A stretch of 20,000 bases of DNA from Dehalococcoidia bacterium (GCA_040882355.1 JBBEBM010000056.1:60348-80347); one strand, 5' to 3'; numbered from the stretch's first letter, positions 1-8,522 are shown. Program-made: numbers and translations. The notes: a model not told the origin generated them from the sequence alone.

Positions 1-1
1 C

Positions 2-1624
2 TACGCCCACACATGCGCCGTGAGCGCCACAGCCGGCGTCTGGTGTTGGGGCAGTAACGGTGTTGGCGAGCTCGGCATCGGCACGACCTCGTACACGCCG
101 GGGGCGGTCCGCGTTTACGGCATTGATGGCGCTGCCGTCTCGGCGGGCGCTCACCATACCTGCATGGTCACGACAGTGGGTAGCGTCAAGTGTTGGGGTC
201 GCAACGACGAAGGCCAGCTCGGCGACGGCTCCACGTCGCTCAGCCGCCTCGACCCTGTCGATGTCTGGCTGCTGAACCAGGGCGTCGTCGGCATCGCGGA
301 GGGCGGCGACCACACCTGCGCCCTGAAAGAGAACGGCACGGTGCTCTGTTGGGGCGACAACGAGTACGGCCAGCTCGGCGACGGCACGACGACGAACCGG
401 CTGGTACCAACCCAAGTCGTCGGCCTCAGCGACGTCTCGGCGATCACTGCCGGTTACTACCATACTTGTGCCCTCACGACTTCGGGCGCCGCCAAGTGCT
501 GGGGCGAGAATGAAGACGGGCAGCTAGGTATCGGCGCGATCGACTACCAGCCACATCCCAGCCCCGCCGACGTGGTCGGCCTACAGGCAGACGTGGCTGC
601 GATCGCGACAGGCTCGTTCGCCAATCACACCTGCGCGCTCACCTCGGCAGGCGGCGCGACGTGCTGGGGCGAGAACTCGTTCGGCCAGTTAGGGAACGGT
701 GATCGTGGCGAGGGCATCGCCGTGCCGGGGCACGTCTCAGGCCTGACCGCGGGCGTTACGGCTCTCGCAGCGAACGGACGGCACTCGTGCGCGCTCCTCG
801 ACACGTCGGGCGTGAAATGCTGGGGCGACAACAGCTACAGCCAGCTTGGCAACGGTATACGTTTCGGCAGCCTCAGGACCAGGCCGGTCGATGTCTGCAA
901 CGTGTACAACGCTGCCGTTCAGCAGTGCACCGAGACGCTTTCGGGCGTGGGCGCGATAGCGGCTGCCGGGTTCCACACGTGCGCGGTTCCCGCCACCGGT
1001 GGCGCCGAGTGCTGGGGGACGTGCGTCGTCAACCAGTTGGGCTCCGTGCCGTGCCAAGAGGCCGAGACGCCGGCTAGCGTCGCGTTTGACGGCAAGGACT
1101 TCACCGGCCTGCACGACCGCGACACGGACGGCCTGTACGACACCTATGAGCAGAGCAAGCCATGCCTGGACTGGACGGTCGTCGACGCCGCGCTCGATCC
1201 CGACGCCGACGGCCTCAGCAATCTCGGCGAGCTGAACGCTCGTTCAGAGCCGTGTATTGCGGACACCGATCGGGACGGCTGCGTTGACGGCCGCGAGGTT
1301 GGAACGGACCGCAGTCTTGGCGGGCGGCGCAGCCCGCTGAACTTCTGGGACTTCATGGACGTGCCGACCGGCGCCGCGCGGACGCGGGACCGCGTGATCT
1401 CGACCGCCGACATCGCCGCCGAAGCGGCCCGCTTCGGCGCTACCGATGCAGGTCCTGGCCCCTTCGTCCGGACGAGCGACCCGCTCTCAACGCCGAGCGC
1501 CACCGTCCAGCCGTCAGGCGCCAGAGCGAACTACCACCCGGCCTACGACCGCAGCCTCGACGGCGCGATCACGATCGACGACATCGCGCTCGTTGTGCAG
1601 CAGTTCGGGGATAGCTGCGCGTAA
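2..1624 (+). CDS. RCC1/BLIP-II repeat surface protein with C-terminal Ca-binding/dockerin-like ('flexitail'-like) tail; 5'-truncated by window edge
   Basis: About 7 HTC...CWG.N..GQLG repeats. The frame is open upstream of the GTG at 20 (YAHTCAV). Tail DTDRDGCVDGRE...GGRRSPLNFWDFMDVP...YHPAYDRS.DGAITIDDIALVVQQFGDSCA. Confidence 0.85.
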   Translation, partial: YAHTCAVSATAGVWCWGSNGVGELGIGTTSYTPGAVRVYGIDGAAVSAGAHHTCMVTTVGSVKCWGRNDEGQLGDGSTSLSRLDPVDVWLLNQGVVGIAEGGDHTCALKENGTVLCWGDNEYGQLGDGTTTNRLVPTQVVGLSDVSAITAGYYHTCALTTSGAAKCWGENEDGQLGIGAIDYQPHPSPADVVGLQADVAAIATGSFANHTCALTSAGGATCWGENSFGQLGNGDRGEGIAVPGHVSGLTAGVTALAANGRHSCALLDTSGVKCWGDNSYSQLGNGIRFGSLRTRPVDVCNVYNAAVQQCTETLSGVGAIAAAGFHTCAVPATGGAECWGTCVVNQLGSVPCQEAETPASVAFDGKDFTGLHDRDTDGLYDTYEQSKPCLDWTVVDAALDPDADGLSNLGELNARSEPCIADTDRDGCVDGREVGTDRSLGGRRSPLNFWDFMDVPTGAARTRDRVISTADIAAEAARFGATDAGPGPFVRTSDPLSTPSATVQPSGARANYHPAYDRSLDGAITIDDIALVVQQFGDSCA

Positions 1625-1650
1625 CCGCGTCGCGCCTCGTGGGCTGATGC

Positions 1651-1672
1651 TGGTGCCGGGAGAGGACTCGAA
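1651..1672 (-). repeat. Degenerate copy of the tRNA-Leu 3' end (T-loop to CCA)
   Basis: Minus strand TTCGAGTCCTCTCCCGGCACCA versus tRNA TTCGAGTCCCTCCCCCGGCACCA, offset 73 bp. Confidence 0.7.
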
Positions 1673-1723
1673 GCCACGTCCGGCGGCCAGGCCCACAAGG
1701 CCGCTGCCCCTCGCGGACGTGTC

Positions 1724-1809
1724 TGGTGCCGGGGGAGGGACTCGAACCCTCAAGGCCCGAAGGCCGGCGGATTTTAAGTCCGCTGCGTATGCCGTTTCGC
1801 CACCCCGGC
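1724..1809 (-). tRNA. tRNA-Leu(TAA), intact, CCA encoded
   Basis: Acceptor GCCGGGG/CCCCGGC, anticodon arm GCGGA-CTTAAAA-TCCGC, long variable arm GGCC-TTCG-GGCC, T arm GAGGG-TTCGAGT-CCCTC, 3' ACCA. Confidence 0.97.
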
Positions 1810-1848
1810 CCTGCGTCCAAGTTCAGTGTGCCGCATCGACATCAGGCA

Positions 1849-1909
1849 TGGCCAGCCGTCGATCACGCCCACTGGCCAGCCGTCGATCACGCCCACTGGC
1901 CAGCCGTCG
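1849..1909. repeat. 24-bp tandem repeat, about 2.5 copies
   Basis: TGGCCAGCCGTCGATCACGCCCAC at 1849-1872 and 1873-1896, partial copy at 1897-1909. Confidence 0.95.
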
Positions 1910-2123
1910 GCGCCGCTGGAGAGCGCGACGCGCGCTCCTCCGCCCGCGGGTCCAGCAACAGGCCCAACCGCACGAGACACGCGCCGAGCGTCGCGCGCCA
2001 GCCGTTCGGCCTGTGCCCACGAAGCGCTTCCGCTCGCGCGCGCAGCCGCTCAGGATCGAGCGCAAGCGCCGCTTCGATCAGCTTCGCTTCCACCAGCAGC
2101 TCTTCTAGCGGATTCAGGTTCAT
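1887..2123 (-). CDS. Small hypothetical helical protein (78 aa)
   Basis: ATG with purine-rich upstream sequence, 24 bp after the SDR stop, same strand; amphipathic Leu/Ala/Glu/Arg composition. Confidence 0.6.
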   Translation of the reverse strand: MNLNPLEELLVEAKLIEAALALDPERLRARAEALRGHRPNGWRATLGACLVRLGLLLDPRAEERASRSPAAPTAGQWA

Positions 2124-2147
2124 CGCTCGCCTCGCTTCCGTGTCCGG

Positions 2148-2993
2148 TCACGCCGTGCCGATGGCTGGCGGAGGGCCGCCGGCGATCATCGCTTCGGCGC
2201 GCTTGCGGATGACGCCGTTGTGCTCCGGATGCGTCAGCACGTAGAACCGCTTCTCTACGATCGCGTCGAACACCTGCTGCGCCACCTGCGCCGGGCTCTG
2301 GCCGGCGCGCAGGAGCTGGCGCACCATGTCCTGCCCGAAGGCCTCCGGCGTGCCGGGCGCGGGCGGCGCCAGCGGCCCGCCCGGCCGGTTGCGGTCCGCG
2401 TCGATGATCTTCGTGTCGGTCGCCGCCGGGCAGAGCACCGATACGCCGATCTTCCCGCCGGAGGTCATCATCAGCTCGTAGTAGAGCGCCTCGGAAAGGC
2501 CGACGATGCCGAACTTGCTCGCGGTGTACGACGCGGCGCCGGCGCCGGGCATCAGCCCTGCCACCGACGCCGTGTTCACGATGTGGCCCTCCTCGCCGCC
2601 CTCCAGCATCACCGGCACGAACGCGCGCACGCCGTTGATCACGCCTCCGAGGTTCACGCCCAGCACCCATCGCCAGTCCTCCAGCGGCTCCTCCCACGAC
2701 AGGCCGCCGCTGCCGACGCCCGCGTTGTTGCAGACGACGTGCACGGCACCGAATGTCTCGACTGTCTTCGCCGCCAGCGCCTGCGCGTCTTCGGCCTTCG
2801 AGACGTCGGTGCGGACGGCGAGCACCGTTGCGCCGGCCTCCCGCATCTCGCATTCGGCGACGTGCAGCGCGGGCTCCTCGACGTCCGCAAGCACAACGCG
2901 CATGCCTTCGGCGGCGAACCGCTCCGCCAGGCCCCGGCCGATGCCGCTCGCAGCGCCGGTCACCACAGCTACCTTGTCCTTGAAGTCTTGCAT
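2148..2993 (-). CDS. SDR family NAD(P)-dependent oxidoreductase
   Basis: TGAASGIG, NNAG, catalytic S...YTASK motifs; GGAGG RBS. Confidence 0.96.
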   Translation of the reverse strand: MQDFKDKVAVVTGAASGIGRGLAERFAAEGMRVVLADVEEPALHVAECEMREAGATVLAVRTDVSKAEDAQALAAKTVETFGAVHVVCNNAGVGSGGLSWEEPLEDWRWVLGVNLGGVINGVRAFVPVMLEGGEEGHIVNTASVAGLMPGAGAASYTASKFGIVGLSEALYYELMMTSGGKIGVSVLCPAATDTKIIDADRNRPGGPLAPPAPGTPEAFGQDMVRQLLRAGQSPAQVAQQVFDAIVEKRFYVLTHPEHNGVIRKRAEAMIAGGPPPAIGTA

Positions 2994-3011
2994 CGTCGCG
3001 CCTCCTCTGGG

Positions 3012-3641
3012 TTAGTTCTGCTTCCTCGTCGCATGCTCGAAGAGCGTTGCGAGCTCGACCGCGTACTCGTCGACGTCGAGGTCCGGGTAGGCGTGGAGCC
3101 GCGGACCGAGCGCATCGATGGCCTGCCGGATCGCGACCGCCATGACGGCCGTCGAGAACGCCCGGAACTCGCCGGTCTCCTGGCCCCGGCGCAGGATGTG
3201 CTGCTCCAGGTCCGAGATCGACTGTTCCAGCCCCTTCACGTCGAACCGCGGTTGCCCTTCCGCCGTCCGGGCGCTGGAGATGATCTCGATCACCGCCTGC
3301 ACGTCGCTGCGGTGGCCGCCGATGAACTCCACGTTGGAAGTGATGAAGGCGCGCAACGCGCCCGAGGCCGTCGTCTCGGCCTGTATCCGCGGCAGCATGA
3401 ACAGAGCGGCCGCCGTGTATACGTCCGTCACTACCTGATCCATCAGCTCGTCCTTGCCCGCGAAGTAGTAGGAGATGACGCTCTTGCTCACGCCCGCCCG
3501 CTTGGCGATCTCGGCCAGCGACGCTCGCTCGTATCCGAGCTCGGCGATCGCCTCAATCGCGCACCCGACGATCTGGGCGCGCCGAGCCGCCTCGATGAAG
3601 GTGGGTTCATCTCGGACGACCGGCTTATCTTTAGGCCGCAT
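3012..3641 (-). CDS. TetR/AcrR family transcriptional regulator
   Basis: HTH GYERASLAEIAKRAGVSKSVISYYFAGKDEL; C-terminal RRGQETGEFR. Confidence 0.95.
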   Translation of the reverse strand: MRPKDKPVVRDEPTFIEAARRAQIVGCAIEAIAELGYERASLAEIAKRAGVSKSVISYYFAGKDELMDQVVTDVYTAAALFMLPRIQAETTASGALRAFITSNVEFIGGHRSDVQAVIEIISSARTAEGQPRFDVKGLEQSISDLEQHILRRGQETGEFRAFSTAVMAVAIRQAIDALGPRLHAYPDLDVDEYAVELATLFEHATRKQN

Positions 3642-3677
3642 GGCCTACTTATAGGCCCTGCGGTCTGCTCCTGTCAA
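3632..3677 (-). promoter_or_regulatory. Putative leaderless sigma70 promoter and TetR operator
   Basis: Minus strand TTGACA-N18-TATAAG-N6-ATG. Overlapping palindromes TAGGCC-gcat-GGCCTA-ctta-TAGGCC (3632-3657). Confidence 0.55.
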
Positions 3678-3733
3678 GAGCGGCCTCCGGCGAACGCCCC
3701 CCAACCCGGCGGGCACGCCGGTCACGAAGGCGG

Positions 3734-3793
3734 GGCGACCCCTCCGGCGGAAGGGGTCGCCTCATCGACCCTGAAGACACGCGGCGGGGTCGA
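3734..3793. terminator. Two adjacent GC-rich hairpins downstream of the ArsR operon (no U-tract)
   Basis: GGCGACCCCT/AGGGGTCGCC (3734-3761) and TCGACCC/GGGTCGA (3765-3793). Confidence 0.5.
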
Positions 3794-3810
3794 GTTCGAC
3801 CGCGGAAGCC

Positions 3811-3933
3811 TCACATGTGCGTCAGGTGCTCCGCCAGGCGATCGAGCGCCCGGTTCGCGCCCTCGATGGCGCTGTACGCCTCCATCGTCCTGTCGCGTTC
3901 TTCTACCGACCGACGCATGGTGAGCGCCCTGCC
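3811..3933 (-). pseudogene. C-terminal remnant of an SRPBCC gene
   Basis: Manual translation GRALTMRRSVEERDRTMEAYSAIEGANRALDRLAEHLTHM* aligns with the end of the 4375-4860 protein (SAEDRDGMLQSGAEQGANESMDRLAEHLAEM). Confidence 0.75.
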
Positions 3934-3946
3934 CGACGCCACAGCC

Positions 3947-4378
3947 TCAACGTCTCGTGCGGCCACGCTTCGCCTCCGTCGGCTTTCGCTGCGACGCCAT
4001 GCGCCGCGGGCGACGTTGCGCGTCAGCCGCCTCGTTTTCCGCGATCCGCGCCTTCACCAGCTTCTTCACGAGCGCGGCCGGGAGCGGCTTGCCAACCGGG
4101 AAGTGGACGGTCCCTTTGGCAGTGTCGTAGGCACTGAGCTCGTCCTTGTGCGCGTCCATCACCAGCGGGCTCATGACGAAGAAGCTGCAGTGGTCCTTGA
4201 ACGCCGCGAAACCCACGAGCCCGCCGTGGTGCTTGAAGGTCGGCACCCGGTAGCTGATCACCTCGACGGCATGGGGCGCGGCCGCCCTGATCCGCCGGCG
4301 AAGCGTCTCCAGCGTGACCCGCGCGTCTTCCGGCAGCGCCGTGAGATAGGCGTCTACGTCGTTCGCCGGTGCGCTCAC
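3947..4378 (-). CDS. DUF1801 / YdhG-like protein
   Basis: DVDAYL...LRRRIRAAAP.AVEVISYRVPTF...FAAFKDHCSFF...KGTVHFP...LP..LVKKLVKARI; GTGA overlap with upstream gene. Confidence 0.9.
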   Translation of the reverse strand: MSAPANDVDAYLTALPEDARVTLETLRRRIRAAAPHAVEVISYRVPTFKHHGGLVGFAAFKDHCSFFVMSPLVMDAHKDELSAYDTAKGTVHFPVGKPLPAALVKKLVKARIAENEAADAQRRPRRMASQRKPTEAKRGRTRR

Positions 4379-4860
4379 CGCTTCATCTCCGCCAGGTGCT
4401 CGGCGAGTCGGTCCATCGATTCGTTGGCGCCTTGCTCCGCCCCCGACTGGAGCATGCCATCGCGGTCCTCGGCGGATTCGAAGACCGACGTGCTTGTGAG
4501 GACCGTCCTGCCGTCCCCCTCCACGAACGTCAGCGTCTCAAGCGATACGTGGCCCGGCATGCCCTCGAACTCGAACGTCTGGACGATCCGGGCCGGCGGG
4601 ACGATCTCGCGGTACTCGCCCCTGAACCCAGACTCCTCACCGTCGCTCTGGCGCTCGACGAAGCGCCAGGCGCCGCCAGGACGGAAGTCCATCTCGCACA
4701 CGGGCAGAGTCGAGCCAAGCCGGCCCCACCAGCGCCGTATGTGCTCTGGCTTGCTGTGCGCCTCGAAGACCAGCTCGCGCGGCGCGTCAAAGACGCGCGT
4801 CATTACGATCTCCAGGTCAGACGGCAGCGTCACCCTGATCGCGTTCTGCTGTTCAACCAT
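4375..4860 (-). CDS. SRPBCC (AHSA1/START-like) family protein
   Basis: EIVMTRVFDAPRELVFEAH..PE..RRWWG, DFRPGGAWRF, GEYREIVPP motifs; AGGAGG RBS. Confidence 0.93.
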   Translation of the reverse strand: MVEQQNAIRVTLPSDLEIVMTRVFDAPRELVFEAHSKPEHIRRWWGRLGSTLPVCEMDFRPGGAWRFVERQSDGEESGFRGEYREIVPPARIVQTFEFEGMPGHVSLETLTFVEGDGRTVLTSTSVFESAEDRDGMLQSGAEQGANESMDRLAEHLAEMKR

Positions 4861-4890
4861 ACTTGTCCTCCTGCAGCGCGGCCCCGCCCG

Positions 4891-5376
4891 CTATGCTCCG
4901 CGGTGCGCCCGCTTCAGCGCCTCGATGTCGATCTTGCTCATGCCGAGCATGGCCTCCATGACCCGTCCCGCCTTCTCGGGGTCCGGGTCCTGCATCAGCT
5001 CGATGAGGACGGCCGGCACGATCTGCCAGGACAGGCCGAACTTGTCTTTCAGCCAGGCGCACTGCGAGGGTTCGCCGCCGTCGGCGGTGAGCTTCTCCCA
5101 TAGTTCATCGACTTCGTCCTGCGACCCGCAGTCCACCACCAACGAGACGGCCTCCGTGAACTTGAATTGCGGGCCGCCGTTCAACGCCATGAACTCCTGC
5201 CCCTCAAGCTGAAACCTCCCCGTGATGACTGTCCCGCTCGGCCCGGGGCCCGCATCGCCGAACCGTGTGAGATCGAGAACCTTCGAGTTCTTGAAGATCG
5301 ACACGTAGAAGTTGATCGCGTCTTCAGCGTTGTTGTCGAACCAGAGGCACGGAGTGATCTTCTGCTTACCAGGCAT
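4891..5376 (-). CDS. VOC family protein (PhnB / 3-dmu-9_3-mt-like)
   Basis: KITPCLWFD..AEDAINFY, FMALNGGPQFKFTEAVS, WLKDKFGLSWQI, MSKIDI. Confidence 0.93.
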   Translation of the reverse strand: MPGKQKITPCLWFDNNAEDAINFYVSIFKNSKVLDLTRFGDAGPGPSGTVITGRFQLEGQEFMALNGGPQFKFTEAVSLVVDCGSQDEVDELWEKLTADGGEPSQCAWLKDKFGLSWQIVPAVLIELMQDPDPEKAGRVMEAMLGMSKIDIEALKRAHRGA

Positions 5377-5469
5377 CGTTGTTCCTCCTGTTGGGATTAC
5401 GCCTTCGATTGTTCTCGTTCGTCCAGACGGTCGCGGCCCCTCGTTTCAGTCCGCTTCGTCCCGCTCAAG

Positions 5470-6015
5470 CTAGGCCGTGCGTGAAGCCGGCTGATACGTA
5501 AGCACGACAATGCCCGTGCTGAAGGTCGTCGTGTGCAGGAGCTTCAGTTGGGTGGTGTCGAACCCATCGAAGAGGCGCTGACCGCGCCCGACGAAGACCG
5601 GGAACAGCCAGAGATGATACTCGTCGACGAGCTCGTGCTCCAGCAGCGTACGGTCGAACTCGCCGGTGCCGAACTTCAGGATGTCCTGGCCGGCCTGCTC
5701 TTTCAGCTTCGCTACTTCGGCAGCGACGTCACCGCTGATCACGGTCGCGTTCCACTTCGCCTCCCGCAGCGTGGTCGACGCGACGTACTTGGGGAGGCCA
5801 TTTATCCTGTCGGCGTATTCGTCGCCACTCCTCGATGGCCAGGCCTCGGCGAATCCCTGGTACGTGGCGCGCCCCAGGAGCAGGGCGTCCGCGGCGAACA
5901 GCAGCTTGCGAGCGTAGTTGGCGTGCTCGTTGTTCCAATACGGCGCCCCCCACGCCGCCGGATCGCCGATCACCCCGTCCAGCGTCACGAAGGTGGATTC
6001 CACCAGCTTTCTCAT
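5470..6015 (-). CDS. Dihydrofolate reductase-like (RibD C-terminal) family protein
   Basis: MRKLV...TLDGV, LLLGRATY, KYVASTTL, LVDEYHL..FPV..GRG. Start moved to ATG 6015, which has an AGGAG RBS. Confidence 0.92.
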   Translation of the reverse strand: MRKLVESTFVTLDGVIGDPAAWGAPYWNNEHANYARKLLFAADALLLGRATYQGFAEAWPSRSGDEYADRINGLPKYVASTTLREAKWNATVISGDVAAEVAKLKEQAGQDILKFGTGEFDRTLLEHELVDEYHLWLFPVFVGRGQRLFDGFDTTQLKLLHTTTFSTGIVVLTYQPASRTA

Positions 6016-6116
6016 GTCGGGTCTCCTGTTCCCTGTTGGACCATGTGCTTCCCCTTTCCCGGGTCTCACGACGCGGTCAGCGAGACGCCGCGTGCTTTCT
6101 CGAATCGGTAGTGGCG

Positions 6117-6626
6117 TTACGCCGCCGCCAACACCGCAGCGAGCTTGTCCAAGAACTCGCTCCAGCCCTGGCCGGCGCCATCGCGGTGCTCGCCGGCAGG
6201 CATCCCGGCGTGGCGCAGCGTGAGCTTCGTTTTACCGTCCTGCTCCTCGAACGTCACGGTGACGAGCATCTCCAGGGGAACGTCCCCCTCCATGCCGTAG
6301 TGGCTCGCCGGGACCACGTTGCCGTTCTCGTCCGCGAAGCTGTCGGTGCAGACGATCCGCTCCATCGGCACGATCTCGCGGTAGACGCCGGTACTCCAAA
6401 AGTCCCTGTCGAACTCACTGCCGGCCGGTCCTCGCATGCAGTTGAGATACTTGCCGCCGACGCGGAGGTCGTTCTCGCAGAAGGGGGCCGTGAAGCCCTT
6501 CGGCGCATGCCACTGCTTGATCAGTTCGGGGTCGGTCCACGCCTTCCAGACCAAGTCCCGCGGCGCGTCGAATACACGCTCGATAACGAGCTCCTGCTGC
6601 ATCGCGCTGCGTCTCGCTTCAGCCAT
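6117..6626 (-). CDS. SRPBCC (AHSA1-like) family protein
   Basis: LVIERVFDAPRDLVWKAWTDPE, DLRVGGKY, GKTKLTLRH, GW..FLDKL. Confidence 0.93.
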   Translation of the reverse strand: MAEARRSAMQQELVIERVFDAPRDLVWKAWTDPELIKQWHAPKGFTAPFCENDLRVGGKYLNCMRGPAGSEFDRDFWSTGVYREIVPMERIVCTDSFADENGNVVPASHYGMEGDVPLEMLVTVTFEEQDGKTKLTLRHAGMPAGEHRDGAGQGWSEFLDKLAAVLAAA

Positions 6627-6640
6627 GGTCCTCCTCCTTG

Positions 6641-7009
6641 CTAGTGGGCAGGCTCGAAGAGCTCTACAGCATTGCCCGACGGATCGTCGAGCAGGATCTG
6701 CGAGCCTCCCGGTCCGGTGATGATCTCGTTTCGGAATTGCAGGCCGGCCTCCTTGAGCCTGGCGACTTCGGACTCGAGGTCAGACACCTGCAGTTGGATT
6801 CGATTCCAGCCTCCCGGCACGGGCAGGCTGCCGTCAGGCATCGATCTCCGCCCGGAGCTGGCCTTTCCGCTCAGCAGGAGCCGCACGCCATCGCGGCTCA
6901 CGCTGGCGAAAGCCGGGGAAGCGTCCTGCTCCAACGCGAACCCGAGGTGAGTGGTATAGAAGGCGATCGCGGCAGGCACGTCGTCGATCATGTAGCGTAC
7001 GCTGATCAC
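6641..7009 (-). CDS. VOC / glyoxalase-bleomycin resistance family protein
   Basis: VRYMIDDV.AAIAFYT, GPGGSQILLDDPSGNAVELFEP; GTGA overlap with ArsR. Confidence 0.92.
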   Translation of the reverse strand: MISVRYMIDDVPAAIAFYTTHLGFALEQDASPAFASVSRDGVRLLLSGKASSGRRSMPDGSLPVPGGWNRIQLQVSDLESEVARLKEAGLQFRNEIITGPGGSQILLDDPSGNAVELFEPAH

Positions 7010-7395
7010 TGTTCCTTATCTCCTTTCCGGTCCTTCGCTCCCACAACTTCATCGAGCTTTGCGCCGGCGTCCTTCGCCTGCAGCTCCTGCAGGTACGCGT
7101 CCAGACGATCGAGCCGCTGTTCCCAGATTTGGCGGTAGTGCTCAACCCACTCCGCGACGTCCTTGAGCGGGCCCGCCTCCAGCCTACAGGGCCGCCACTG
7201 CGCCCTCCGGCTGCGCGCGATGAGGCCCGCCCGCTCCAGCACCTTCAGGTGCTTGGAGACGGCAGGCAGGCTGATCTCGAAAGGCCGCGCCAGCTCCGTG
7301 ACCGACGCCTCACCCACGCTCAGACGGGCGAGGATCTCGCGCCGTGTGGGGTCGGCGAGGGCGGAGAGGGTCGTGCTCAGTGGGTCGGTTGGCAT
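7006..7395 (-). CDS. ArsR/SmtB family transcriptional regulator
   Basis: ALADPTRREIL...SVTELARPF.ISLPAVSKHLKVLERAGLI...AQWRPC...WEQRLDRLDAYL. Confidence 0.95.
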   Translation of the reverse strand: MPTDPLSTTLSALADPTRREILARLSVGEASVTELARPFEISLPAVSKHLKVLERAGLIARSRRAQWRPCRLEAGPLKDVAEWVEHYRQIWEQRLDRLDAYLQELQAKDAGAKLDEVVGAKDRKGDKEQ

Positions 7396-7398
7396 CGT

Positions 7399-7459
7399 AA
7401 TTAACCTTCTAGTTAATTAACTTTCTGGTAAATTATCACGCTGGCAGGCCGGCTGTCAA
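7399..7459 (-). promoter_or_regulatory. sigma70 promoter with tandem palindromic ArsR operators
   Basis: TTGACA (7459-7454)-N16-GATAAT (7437-7432). Tandem 16-mers AATTAACCTTCTAGTT and AATTAACTTTCTGGTA, forming imperfect TTAACC-N4-GGTTAA palindromes in an AT-rich patch. Confidence 0.75.
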
Positions 7460-7760
7460 CCCCTGGCTTGCTTTCTTTCCGCCTATTCGTGCCTCGACCC
7501 ATAAAGGGAGAAGGGCGTCCAACCCGTACTTCACGCCCAAGGGGCTCCCAGATTCCTAGGTGCTATTGGGGAGTCACGCGCCCATGCTCCCGGCGGCCGC
7601 CTCGCACAATCGCACCTGCCTGCCAGTGAGGTGTCCGACGAGATGCAGAGATGAGCCGTGCGTGCCTCAGGCTGGCCGACACTCACCACCCACGAACGTC
7701 TCTCGCCCTAGCCCCCCGGGGCGCACCGACCGCCGGCTCGGGCGCAGTCTGCGCCGTCGA

Positions 7761-8522
7761 TCAGAGCCTGGTTTTCGAGTAGACGATCGCGCTTCCTCTG
7801 CGGCCAACCTGCTCGATGAGTCCGCACGTCCTCAGACAGTAGGCCACCTTCTGAGCGATGTCCCGCGGCCGTCCGAGCGCTTGCGCGATGTCCGACGTAA
7901 GGAACTCCTCGGGCAAGTCGTGCGGGATGAAGGCCATGTAGTCGGCGCCGCTCCGAAGCGAAACGATCTCGCTGATCTCGAGAAGCCTCCGTTCGATGGT
8001 CGCCCAACCCCGTCGTCGCCAGCGCTTTCGCCCATCGAAGACTCGCAGCTCCTCCTCCTGAGTCAGAACGACATCCAACTGGAAGTTCTGGTGCGTGATC
8101 AGCTCCGGAAAGCTCACCAGCTCCTCGAAGACGTCGACCACCTTCCTGCGCCGGGGGGACTTGCGGCGTGAAGCCACGCCGCCCTTCTTCTCGGGCAGCT
8201 TCACGATCCAGAGGTCGAGCGGGATCGGGTACACGAGGCGCACCGGCTGCGTCGAGACAAGGCAGCGCATCTTGGTCGCGATGGCTGAGAAGTTCGCCGT
8301 TTGCACTTCAATGATCAAGTCGCCGCGGAGGATGTCGACGACGTAGCCGCCGACCTTCACCTCAACCCTGTCCCCGGGCTCGATGTACCGTTCCTTGAGG
8401 GACGAGTGGAGGTGGCCTTCGTTGAGTGTGCCGATGGAGGTTCCGATGCCGGCTACTCCTGCCCGCGCAGGTCGACCCTTCGCGCAGCTGCGCCCGGTCA
8501 ATGCGACGTTAGTCGCACTCAT
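7761..8522 (-). CDS. Hypothetical protein, putative PD-(D/E)xK-like nuclease with C-terminal winged helix; start uncertain
   Basis: E..LH..LK...E...VDI.....IEVQ motif; C-terminal FLTSDIAQALGRPRDIAQKVAYCLRTCGLIEQVGRRG. Confidence 0.7.
   Translation of the reverse strand: MSATNVALTGRSCAKGRPARAGVAGIGTSIGTLNEGHLHSSLKERYIEPGDRVEVKVGGYVVDILRGDLIIEVQTANFSAIATKMRCLVSTQPVRLVYPIPLDLWIVKLPEKKGGVASRRKSPRRRKVVDVFEELVSFPELITHQNFQLDVVLTQEEELRVFDGRKRWRRRGWATIERRLLEISEIVSLRSGADYMAFIPHDLPEEFLTSDIAQALGRPRDIAQKVAYCLRTCGLIEQVGRRGSAIVYSKTRL

Noticed and set aside
1849..1909. CRISPR array
   Set aside because: Repeats are contiguous with no spacers, and no cas genes are present.
2220..5212. Long plus-strand ORFs (567 aa and 465 aa)
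   Set aside because: Antisense shadows of well-supported high-GC genes, with no recognisable motifs.
7500..7760. Structured ncRNA in the intergenic region
   Set aside because: Only an imperfect GTGAGGTGTC/GACACTCAC pairing, which is expected by chance at this GC content.
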